10,135 bases of DNA from Promethearchaeota archaeon (GCA_048941015.1 JBHLNZ010000098.1:1-10135); one strand, 5' to 3'; positions 1-6,865 are shown, counted from the stretch's first letter. Notes: a model not told the origin generated them from the sequence alone. Translations and numbers: made by a program.

Positions 1-704
1 AATTTAGGACCCATCTGGAAAATATCCTTCATTGCATAATATCTTTCACTTTGATTAGTAAATTCCAATGCCTCTTCTGAGTTCATAGAAACAATATCAG
101 ATTTTGATATGAGAATTTTTGCCCATTTTGGATTATGTTTGATAATTGACATGCTTGGGGCGGCTAAAACTAATCCTCCATTATCTTTTGTTAAATTTAT
201 TGCTTTTTCAAGTGATTTACAACCACTTTCAGAAGTTAGGGATGACCAAGCGAATGCTTTTATTCCTTCAAAAAGTTCTTCATTTACATTCTCTGGTTTA
301 AGTAAATTATTAGCTCCCTTATAAGCAAGGATACTTCTATCTTTTCCCCATTCAGTTTTCAAAATTAAAGAGAAAGCTGTACAATCTTTATCAGTCTGTA
401 TAATATTTGATATATCAACTCCTCTCTTTTTTAAGTCATCTAAGCAGATTTGTGCAGAAAAATCTCTTCCTAAAATTCCAATATAAGTGGATTTTAAGCC
501 TAACATTGCACAATTTGATGCAATATTTGCACCTGAACCTCCTGGTATGAATCTGAGATCCTCCACGTTTAATTTCCTACTATATTCAATTGCTGTATAT
601 TTTTTCACAATATCTTTATCAAATAGCTCAAATCTCAGAATATCTTTAACTTGAATGATGCAATCGAGTGTACAGCTCCCAATAGTTATAAGATCTAATA
701 CCAT
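1..704 (-). CDS. PfkB/ribokinase-family carbohydrate or nucleoside kinase (3' end runs off the window)
   Basis: Manual minus-strand translation from ATG at 704 (alternative in-frame ATG at 710) is open to the window edge: MVLDLITIGSCTLD...FIPGGSGANIASNCAMLGLKSTYIGILGRDFSAQICLDDLKKRGVD...DRSILAYKGANNLL...SDIVSMNSEEA. Contains PfkB signature 1 (GGxxxNxA..LG..G.LGxD) and the NxxE motif. Absent from the ORF track because no stop codon lies in the window. Substrate cannot be assigned. Confidence 0.93.
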   Translation of the reverse strand, partial: MVLDLITIGSCTLDCIIQVKDILRFELFDKDIVKKYTAIEYSRKLNVEDLRFIPGGSGANIASNCAMLGLKSTYIGILGRDFSAQICLDDLKKRGVDISNIIQTDKDCTAFSLILKTEWGKDRSILAYKGANNLLKPENVNEELFEGIKAFAWSSLTSESGCKSLEKAINLTKDNGGLVLAAPSMSIIKHNPKWAKILISKSDIVSMNSEEALEFTNQSERYYAMKDIFQMGPK

Positions 705-850
705 AATCATTACCTAAAATATTAACTTGAACTTTAAAATTTAATTAAAAATAGAGTTTAGAATATAATAATTTTATGTAGAGAGAAAGAAAATAATTAA
801 AAATCAAATTATAAAATTACATTATTAATTAAGGGGAGAATTTATAGATT

Positions 851-870
851 AAAAAAAGCATTTATATAAA
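851..870 (+). promoter_or_regulatory. Candidate archaeal BRE/TATA box for the peroxiredoxin-like gene, within a divergent intergenic region (705..911)
   Basis: A-rich AAAAAAAGCA followed by TTTATATAAA (861..870), about 40 nt upstream of GTG 912. The AT-rich context limits specificity. Confidence 0.4.
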
Positions 871-911
871 TTTTAAATGTCTATAATTTTTAAAGAAAAA
901 ACAAATTTAAC

Positions 912-1397
912 GTGATTATCATTAAAGATAAGTTCCAATTAGTAGGTACTAAGATAGCTGAGTTTGAATTACCAAATTCACGAGGAGAAACAATCAATAT
1001 CAGAGAGTTTGAAAACAAAAAAAATGTAATTATAATATTATTTAGGGATATTCATTGACCTTATTGTAGATGGCACGCAGCAGAATTAAGAAAAGGACTT
1101 GAAAAGTTTGAAGAATTGGATGGATACTTATATCCAATTTTAGCGGATAATGAAAAAAATGCTCAAAAAATGGAACAAAAATATGCCCGAAAATATGCTA
1201 TATTTTATGATCAATCAAAAAAAGTACCAGAACTCCTAAAGCAACAAGTTAAACTATTTAAAGGGGGTAGAATGCCGGGGTTATTAATCATTGACAAGCA
1301 AGGAATAATACGATATGCCTATTATAGTGATAGCATGAAAGATTTACCTAGAAATGAGGAATTACTAAGTGAATTGAAAAAAATAAATAAATTATGA
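912..1397 (+). CDS. AhpC/TSA-family peroxiredoxin-like (thioredoxin-fold) protein with UxxC motif; probable selenoprotein, Sec at TGA 1056..1058, ~161 aa
   Basis: Extending the 1116..1397 ORF upstream in frame gives (GTG)IIIKDKFQLVGTKIAEFELPNSRGETINIREFENKKNVIIILFRDIH-TGA-PYCRWHAAELRKGLEKFEELDGYLYPILAD...MPGLLIIDKQGIIRYAYYS. This is a complete redoxin N-terminus (VGxxxxxFxLPxxxGxxxxxxxF), and the TGA falls exactly at the first Cys of the CPxC motif. The next upstream in-frame stop is TAA 891. The exact start is uncertain (GTG 912 is the only standard start codon). Confidence 0.88.
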
Positions 1398-1464
1398 TTT
1401 GGAATGGATATAAAGGAAAAAATTATGATATTATATTCATATAAGTTAGCCAAACTTCACCAAA

Positions 1465-2361
1465 TCAACTAAAATCTTCAAAATCTTTTTTGAGATTTCT
1501 CTTATTTTTTCCTTTTTTGATTAGAATACCTATTAAAACAGGTAGTCCAATATATAAAAGAGGAATTATGAATATCGCATATCTTCCAAAATTAATATAA
1601 CTATAATAAATGTGGACACTATTCACTAAAATTGACTCATTTTCCCATTCCCATACATAACTTCTCCCATTTTCAATCTCCAAAATTGAACAATCACAAT
1701 TAGAAGAATAGGGATCGCACTCTGAATAAGATTTAGGAAGCTTTCCATACACGTTGAATTGAACCTTTTCGGTGATTGTTCCATTCCACGCGCGAGATGT
1801 TCCTACATCATAATAAATGTGGATTCCATCTGCAGAACCTACATACCCAATATAAGAAAAAAAACTACATTCGATATCAATAGTATCATTTTCAGGGAAA
1901 GTTGCATTGATAACAGCAAAATTCCTAATGCTCGAACCCCATCCATAAAAAGAGTGATCTAAATACGGTTCCCATGGACTTTCACCTATATTATATTCGA
2001 TAAAATTTAATGTGCTAGCATTTCCATCTACCTTTATCAAACAAGTGGATTCCAAATTTTCAAAATCAGGTGAAAAAGGCGCAACAAGTGAGATATTCTG
2101 GGATTCACCAGGATTATAAATAGTATAGGTCCCATTAAAACTAATATCAATTTTATTCGCAAAAAGTTTAGGATGATTAACCTGAAAATTAACATTAGCG
2201 TTAGTCATTATTAATGAACAATTTTCTACAGGGAGAAAATTTCCAGTGCCAGAAGAATAAATAGCAGCAATATCTGCTTTTGAGTCAGTTATATATTTAG
2301 GAAACATTAATATAGCTATAAACAAGATATAAATCAGAATTTTAATTTGTATTTTTTTCAA
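1465..2361 (-). CDS. Membrane-anchored extracellular protein, possibly DUF4424-like
   Basis: 298 aa with a TTG start. N-terminal basic+hydrophobic signal/TM (KKIQIKILIYILFIAILMF) and C-terminal TM plus basic tail (YAIFIIPLLYIGLPVLIGILIKKGKNKR). Many NxS/T sequons. The motifs MTNANVNF..YTIYNP..LVAPF and YDVGTSRAWNGTI resemble DUF4424 as recalled; that family call is tentative. Confidence 0.75.
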   Translation of the reverse strand: MKKIQIKILIYILFIAILMFPKYITDSKADIAAIYSSGTGNFLPVENCSLIMTNANVNFQVNHPKLFANKIDISFNGTYTIYNPGESQNISLVAPFSPDFENLESTCLIKVDGNASTLNFIEYNIGESPWEPYLDHSFYGWGSSIRNFAVINATFPENDTIDIECSFFSYIGYVGSADGIHIYYDVGTSRAWNGTITEKVQFNVYGKLPKSYSECDPYSSNCDCSILEIENGRSYVWEWENESILVNSVHIYYSYINFGRYAIFIIPLLYIGLPVLIGILIKKGKNKRNLKKDFEDFS

Positions 2362-2481
2362 AAGAAATCCTCTGATCTCAAATCAAGATATATTTTATAG
2401 GAAAATCTATCTGAATATAATGTAAGATATTTCAATATTAAATGTTATTCCACAAAAAATAGATATTAAAAAAGAGACTTT

Positions 2482-2488
2482 AAAAAAA
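2482..2488 (-). terminator. Possible oligo-U terminator for the ESCRT-III gene
   Basis: A7 on the + strand equals T7 on the - strand, about 12 nt after the stop codon at 2500..2502. Confidence 0.35.
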
Positions 2489-2499
2489 TCTAATATATA

Positions 2500-3126
2500 T
2501 TAATCGCGAGACTTTAGTTTGTTTAATTCTTCTTCTAACTCTTTAACTTTGCCATCTGGTTCGACTGTAGGTAATGCTCCACCCATTTCAACTTGTATTT
2601 CAGCATCAATCTCACCTAACACCTCTTTTACATCACCATCTGTTACCGTCGTATCAACCATCATGTCACCAATACCATCTGTCGTAATTTCTTCTGTAAC
2701 AGCGAAATCTTCCATATCAATTCCGATTTGAGTCATTAAATCAGTAAGCTGTGGTATTGATAACTGATTTTTTAAAGCACCTAAACTCGTTGCGATTCCA
2801 TGCATAATTTCTGCAACATCTTTAACAGCGGTAGCTTGTTCTAATTTGAAAACCATTCCTTCTAGATTTGTGCGGAAATGATCAATTGCTCGTGCCTGCT
2901 TTTTAACCTGGAGATAATTTCGAGCGTGAAATGCTGATCCATCCATATCACCAGCTTTTCGAAGGTTCACTGCTTTATCTCGGGCAACTTTAGCAGTCAT
3001 TTCCATCTTTTTAGTTTGCCTCATTAATCTTTTATTAAATACTTTTAATTTTACTGTTGCAGAGCGAACAGAATCGGTTTTTTTTCCACCAGAGAGCCAT
3101 TTACTTATATCTTTAAGGAAACCCAT
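2500..3126 (-). CDS. vps2/24/46: ESCRT-III subunit, Vps2/24/46 (CHMP1-3) class, Snf7-fold
   Basis: 208 aa. N-terminal amphipathic helix MGFLKDISKWLSGGKK, basic helical hairpin (..KLKVFNKRLMRQTKKMEM..AVNLRKAGDMDGSAFHARNYLQVKKQ..), acidic C-terminal half and terminal MIM1-like helix ELEEELNKLK. Divergent from vps4. Confidence 0.93.
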   Translation of the reverse strand: MGFLKDISKWLSGGKKTDSVRSATVKLKVFNKRLMRQTKKMEMTAKVARDKAVNLRKAGDMDGSAFHARNYLQVKKQARAIDHFRTNLEGMVFKLEQATAVKDVAEIMHGIATSLGALKNQLSIPQLTDLMTQIGIDMEDFAVTEEITTDGIGDMMVDTTVTDGDVKEVLGEIDAEIQVEMGGALPTVEPDGKVKELEEELNKLKSRD

Positions 3127-3332
3127 CTTATATCAATTATTATAATATTTTTATATAATAAGAATAAATTCGAGATTATATAATTTTTTGTAGACCAATA
3201 GTTATCATCATTTTAAGGGAAAATTTGATATAGGTTTTAGTATTAATTATTAAAACAAATATCGAACTAGATTACGTATAAATATTAGAAATATTATAAA
3301 ATAAATAATAAACTCTGAAAGGTATAAATTTT
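3127..3332. promoter_or_regulatory. Divergent promoter region shared by ESCRT-III and vps4-vps25
   Basis: 206-bp very AT-rich gap. TATA-like ATTATAAA (3293..3300) preceded by AGAAA on the + strand about 33 nt before the vps4 ATG. TTATATA-type boxes on the - strand near 3153..3160 and 3176..3184. Confidence 0.5.
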
Positions 3333-4550
3333 ATGTCTAGTGTTGATAGTAAGTTGTACCAATATGCGGTGAAAGAAGCTCAAACTGCTGTCGCTTTAGA
3401 TGAACAAGGTAAGTATAGGCAAGCGATAAATAAGTACCAAAGAGCCGCAGATATTTTGTTGCAATTTATGAAATATAATAAAAATCCTCAAATGCGAATG
3501 CTTTGCCAGGAAAAAGTTGAAACCTTCGTAGAGCGTGTGAAAGTTTTAAAAGCTCACTTAGGTGGACCAAGAATAAGGAGAGCTGCCCCACCACCAAGTT
3601 CAGGTGAACCAAAAGAAAATTCTGCTTCCGGAAGTGAGGGAACTTATTCTGCTGATGAACAAGAGATAATCGATTCAATTTCTGGTACTATATTAACAGA
3701 ATCACCTAATGTAAATTGGGAAGATATCGCTGGTTTAGAAGATTGTAAACAAGCAGTACGCGAGGCAATTGTATTACCAATGGTAAAACCACAATTATTT
3801 ACTGGTGCCAGAAAACCTTGGTCAGGAATCTTATTATTTGGTCCTCCTGGGTGTGGTAAAACTTTATTGGCAAAAGCTGCTGCTACTGAATGTGGAGCTA
3901 CATTTTTTAATGTATCATCAGCAGATCTTTTAAGCAAATGGTTAGGAGAAAGTGAAAAATTAATTAGCTCTCTCTTCAAAGTAGCAAGAATAAAAGCTCC
4001 CAGTCTTATATTCATGGATGAGATTGACTCTGTTACAACAACAAGAGGAAGTGGTCATGAGGGAGGAGGAGAGAGAAGAGTAAAAACTCAACTTTTACAA
4101 GAAATTCAAGGAGTGAAATCGACACATGATAAACCTTTATTAGTTCTAGGTGCTACAAATCGTCCATGGGACATTGATACTGCGATGTTAAGTAGGTTTG
4201 AGAAAAAAGTATATGTTCCTCTCCCTGATATGCCTGCTCGAGCCGGAATCTTTAAAATTCATACTGAAGGAATTAATTCCGCACTAACTGATGAAGATTT
4301 CATTGAATTAGCGGTACGTTCTGAAGGATATTCTGGTCGTGATATCTCTAACGTTTGTCGGGAAGTCATTATGCTCCCAATAAGAGAATTAGATATGGGA
4401 GGTTTATTAGAAGATTCTGGACAAGAAGTGAAAGTAAGAGATATTAATTTAAAAGATTTCATTAAAACAATTAAAAAAGTTAAACCTATGACAACTGGTA
4501 AAGAACTTCAAAGATATCAAGATTGGGCAGCAGAATATGGAGAATTTTGA
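3333..4550 (+). CDS. vps4: Vps4 AAA+ ATPase (MIT domain plus single AAA module), ESCRT-III disassembly ATPase
   Basis: N-terminal MIT three-helix domain (AVKEAQTAVALDEQGKYRQAINKY...KVETFVERVKVLKAHL), Pro/Ser linker, PNVNWEDIAGLE, RKPWSGILLFGPPGCGKT (Walker A), SKWLGESEK (pore loop 1), LIFMDEID (Walker B), LVLGATNRPWDID (sensor 1) and C-terminal helix YQDWAAEYG. Flanked by ESCRT genes. Confidence 0.97.
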   Translation: MSSVDSKLYQYAVKEAQTAVALDEQGKYRQAINKYQRAADILLQFMKYNKNPQMRMLCQEKVETFVERVKVLKAHLGGPRIRRAAPPPSSGEPKENSASGSEGTYSADEQEIIDSISGTILTESPNVNWEDIAGLEDCKQAVREAIVLPMVKPQLFTGARKPWSGILLFGPPGCGKTLLAKAAATECGATFFNVSSADLLSKWLGESEKLISSLFKVARIKAPSLIFMDEIDSVTTTRGSGHEGGGERRVKTQLLQEIQGVKSTHDKPLLVLGATNRPWDIDTAMLSRFEKKVYVPLPDMPARAGIFKIHTEGINSALTDEDFIELAVRSEGYSGRDISNVCREVIMLPIRELDMGGLLEDSGQEVKVRDINLKDFIKTIKKVKPMTTGKELQRYQDWAAEYGEF

Positions 4551-4572
4551 TCTAAGAGAGTTATGATTTAAG

Positions 4573-5478
4573 ATGGAAAGGCAGAAAGAAAAAACAGCGG
4601 AAATTCCTGAGGAAGTTAAAGAAAAAGCTGAAAAAGAATTAGAGGAACTAAGAAAGGAGTTAGCAAGATTAAAAGAATTAAAGCAGTTAAAAGAACAAGA
4701 AAAACAAAATTCTATTCAAGAAACGGAGGTTACACATGAAATTATTGAAGATGAAACGATTGAGAAAACACCAACGAAGGAGATCGAAGAGCGTTTAGAT
4801 AAAATTGAAGATTTCTTAACTTCGAAAATGGGGATAATTGATCAAAAGGTTTACGAGCAAAATGCCGCTGAAATTGAAAAGGAACTTCAATTAATCGAAA
4901 TGGAAATCGTAGGAGAAAAAGGAGTTGTTGCTAAAGAAATATCAACCTATGAATTAGTGATAAATGATTATCCTTGGCTTGAAGAAAAGAGATATGTTTT
5001 CATGTATTCTATTCCTAATAGAAAAATGAATCTAAAAGATTACGAATCTTGGAAGAATGAGTGGTCAAAGGTATTATTCGATTATGCTAGATATGCGATC
5101 CTCCATATTTTGTATCTAAGAAAATTAGAATCAGAAAAACCCTTTTCTAAATTTGAAGATCGTAATAAAGCTTTAAAAGAGATAGCTCAAGAATTAGTTG
5201 ATAAAAAACAAGCTGAATGGCTATCGAAAAGTAAAGAAAAATTAAGAGTTTATTGGAAAAGTATTGATAACTGGGCTGAAGAAATATATAAATGGGCCAT
5301 GGAGATTTCTCCATTAGAACCAATTCTAATATTTGAGATAAGAGAATCAAATAAAGAATTTAGTAATCTTCCTCATGAAGATTTGATAAGAATTTTTAAA
5401 ATTCTTGAAAAAGATCAACGAGGAAAAATAATTCAATTAGATAATGGTCAACTTTCTTTTAAATTAAAAATAGAATAA
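4573..5478 (+). CDS. vps25: ESCRT-II subunit Vps25 (EAP20)-like protein with ~125-aa charged helical N-terminal extension
   Basis: The C-terminal ~170 aa match the Vps25 tandem winged-helix pattern: FMYSIP..ESWKNEWSKVLFDY..LVDKKQAEWL..LRVYWKSIDNWAEEIYKWA..EFSNLPHEDLIRIFKILEKDQRGKII (compare human IMWRRPEEWGKLIYQWV and EFHGLDEATLLRALQALQ, from memory). 22 bp downstream of vps4, likely co-transcribed. Confidence 0.9.
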   Translation: MERQKEKTAEIPEEVKEKAEKELEELRKELARLKELKQLKEQEKQNSIQETEVTHEIIEDETIEKTPTKEIEERLDKIEDFLTSKMGIIDQKVYEQNAAEIEKELQLIEMEIVGEKGVVAKEISTYELVINDYPWLEEKRYVFMYSIPNRKMNLKDYESWKNEWSKVLFDYARYAILHILYLRKLESEKPFSKFEDRNKALKEIAQELVDKKQAEWLSKSKEKLRVYWKSIDNWAEEIYKWAMEISPLEPILIFEIRESNKEFSNLPHEDLIRIFKILEKDQRGKIIQLDNGQLSFKLKIE

Positions 5479-5481
5479 GAT

Positions 5482-6198
5482 TTACAAAGAAGGAAAATAC
5501 CACTGTTTTCCTTTAATTATTGATTCCGTAAATTTCGCAACTCCTGTCTCTTCCAGTGATTTTAGTGTTTTTAATGCACGATCTTGAGACCAACTTAAGG
5601 CAACACATACATCTTCAACAGAAACATATCCTTTTTCCTTCGCAACTCCTATTATTTTTACTTGATCACTAGTATATTGAATTGGAAAAAATCTTATCAT
5701 TATAGTACCTGTATCTAATTCAATTAAGTCATCGATAACTTTATTCTTTTTAAGTATTTTTAGCGCCTTTAATAAATCCTTCAATTCTACATTTCCTTTT
5801 AAAATACCCGTATGAATAAGGTCAAAAACCCCAGTAATAGGTAATAATCCAACCCCAATTTCATCTTTCTGCATTAAAACTCGTTGATATGCAAGCATAC
5901 CTAATTTTTCATGATCAATTTTAGAGAACTTTTTTAAAACATCTTGTTCAGTAATTTGTTCTGTTATAATTTTTGATGAAGGAATATTATATTTTTTTTG
6001 TAGTTCCTTTATTTCATCTTTAAGTTCAGGAGTTAATGCTAATATTACACCATGTCTCTTTGCTAACTCATTCAATCTTTCTTTAGTAAATTTCTCGGTT
6101 GCTGCTTTTGCCTGAATATCCTTGAGTTTTAATTCTGCAGCTTTCTTTTTCATTGCTTCTCTTAAATCAATTTCATCTTCTATCTTTCGAATGCCCAT
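5482..6198 (-). CDS. vps22: ESCRT-II subunit Vps22/36 (EAP30 domain)-like protein
   Basis: 238 aa. N-terminal basic helix, HEKLGMLAYQRVL..GVGLLPI and C-terminal winged helix DQVKIIGVAKEKGYVSVEDVCVALSWSQDRALKTLKSLEETGVA..QWYFPSL, matching the SNF8/EAP30 pattern (GYVT..L.W...RA...L..L...G.A..YW.P.L). No GLUE domain. Confidence 0.92.
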   Translation of the reverse strand: MGIRKIEDEIDLREAMKKKAAELKLKDIQAKAATEKFTKERLNELAKRHGVILALTPELKDEIKELQKKYNIPSSKIITEQITEQDVLKKFSKIDHEKLGMLAYQRVLMQKDEIGVGLLPITGVFDLIHTGILKGNVELKDLLKALKILKKNKVIDDLIELDTGTIMIRFFPIQYTSDQVKIIGVAKEKGYVSVEDVCVALSWSQDRALKTLKSLEETGVAKFTESIIKGKQWYFPSL

Positions 6199-6280
6199 TT
6201 TTAGATGACATTTATTTTTATAACTTCTTATATTGATTAATAATATTAAAACTTCTTAATTCTTTTTATTTCAATTGATA

Positions 6281-6862
6281 ATGGATACAACAAAAAATTT
6301 TAGAAAAATAAATGAAAGGGAGAAAAAAATAATTTTTGAGACATTGAGAAATATTTCGTATGAATTGCTCTCAAGTTTCAAAGAATTCGAATCAAATCTA
6401 TATATTTCTGTAAATGAGTCAATCTCACATAATAAATTTCCCAGAATATACTTAATTTTAGATGATTTTAAAGAATTTCTTAAGATTCCTAACATTAGAA
6501 ACAATATCTGTTCAGGAGGACTATATGTAGGTTATATCAAAAAAGGAAAGTTCCTGATAAGTATAGAAAGTGTAGAGTTTCTATATAGACATGACAAATT
6601 TTTAGAATTTCATCGTATTTTTGTAAATGAAATGGGCGAAAGATCGATTCTTTACGGGAATGATATTATAATGAGTATGATCTTAAACAGCCCCTCAAGT
6701 TTCAATAAAAATGATCTAATATTAATATTTAATGATAAGGATGAGATTTTAGCACTTGCTAAGGCTCAAGTCAATTTTAAAGATATTCAGAACCTAAAAC
6801 CAAAAAGTAAAATTGCCTCTAATTTAGTTGATAAAGGTTATTATTTAAGACAAAAACAATAA
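6281..6862 (+). CDS. nip7: NIP7 (UPF0113) ribosome-biogenesis protein with C-terminal PUA domain
   Basis: FRKINEREKKIIF, SGGLYVGYIKKGKFLISIESVEFL, IFVNEMGERSILYGNDI, DLILIFNDKDEILALA and terminal VDKGYYLR match Nip7 motifs (..E..FLYG.., D.G.YLR). ATG 6281 is preferred over TTG 6275. Confidence 0.9.
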   Translation: MDTTKNFRKINEREKKIIFETLRNISYELLSSFKEFESNLYISVNESISHNKFPRIYLILDDFKEFLKIPNIRNNICSGGLYVGYIKKGKFLISIESVEFLYRHDKFLEFHRIFVNEMGERSILYGNDIIMSMILNSPSSFNKNDLILIFNDKDEILALAKAQVNFKDIQNLKPKSKIASNLVDKGYYLRQKQ

Positions 6863-6865
6863 TTT

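Noticed and set aside
109-324. 71-aa plus-strand ORF
   Set aside because: Antisense shadow of the PfkB kinase; no recognisable motifs.
1056-1058. Genome-wide TGA reassignment (Trp/Gly) or pseudogene as the explanation for the in-frame TGA
   Set aside because: TGA is a genuine stop for vps4 (4548..4550) and at 1395 and 1465, Trp is encoded by TGG in the codons checked, and no other long ORF needs read-through. There are no frameshifts or other lesions, and the TGA sits precisely at the catalytic Cys position. A nonsense mutation is not formally excluded.
1116-1397. 93-aa ORF starting at TTG 1116 as a complete gene
   Set aside because: It is only the C-terminal part of the redoxin. The fold and active-site motif continue in frame upstream across TGA 1056.
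1330-1430. Canonical AUGA...AA...GA SECIS built on any ATGA near the end of the selenoprotein gene
   Set aside because: By eye, none of the ATGA sites is followed by a ~10-12-bp helix closing on a 3' GA. A covariance-model search is needed to be certain.
1759-1962. 67-aa plus-strand ORF with several Cys
   Set aside because: Antisense to the 298-aa membrane protein; no coherent metal-binding motif.
2519-2731. 70-aa Ser/Pro-rich plus-strand ORF
   Set aside because: Typical antisense translation of the acidic ESCRT-III C-terminus.
3466-4462. Three minus-strand ORFs (3466..3678, 3644..4015, 4259..4462)
   Set aside because: All lie antisense within the strongly supported vps4 gene.
3333-4550. 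Alternative identity as p97/Cdc48, PAN, katanin or FtsH
   Set aside because: A single AAA module with an N-terminal MIT domain, SKWLGESEK loop, Vps4-type C-terminal helix and ESCRT neighbours indicates Vps4.
5147-5350. 67-aa hydrophobic minus-strand ORF
   Set aside because: Antisense shadow of Lys/Glu-rich vps25; the hydrophobicity comes from complementing A-rich codons.
6271-6504. 77-aa minus-strand ORF
   Set aside because: Antisense to nip7.
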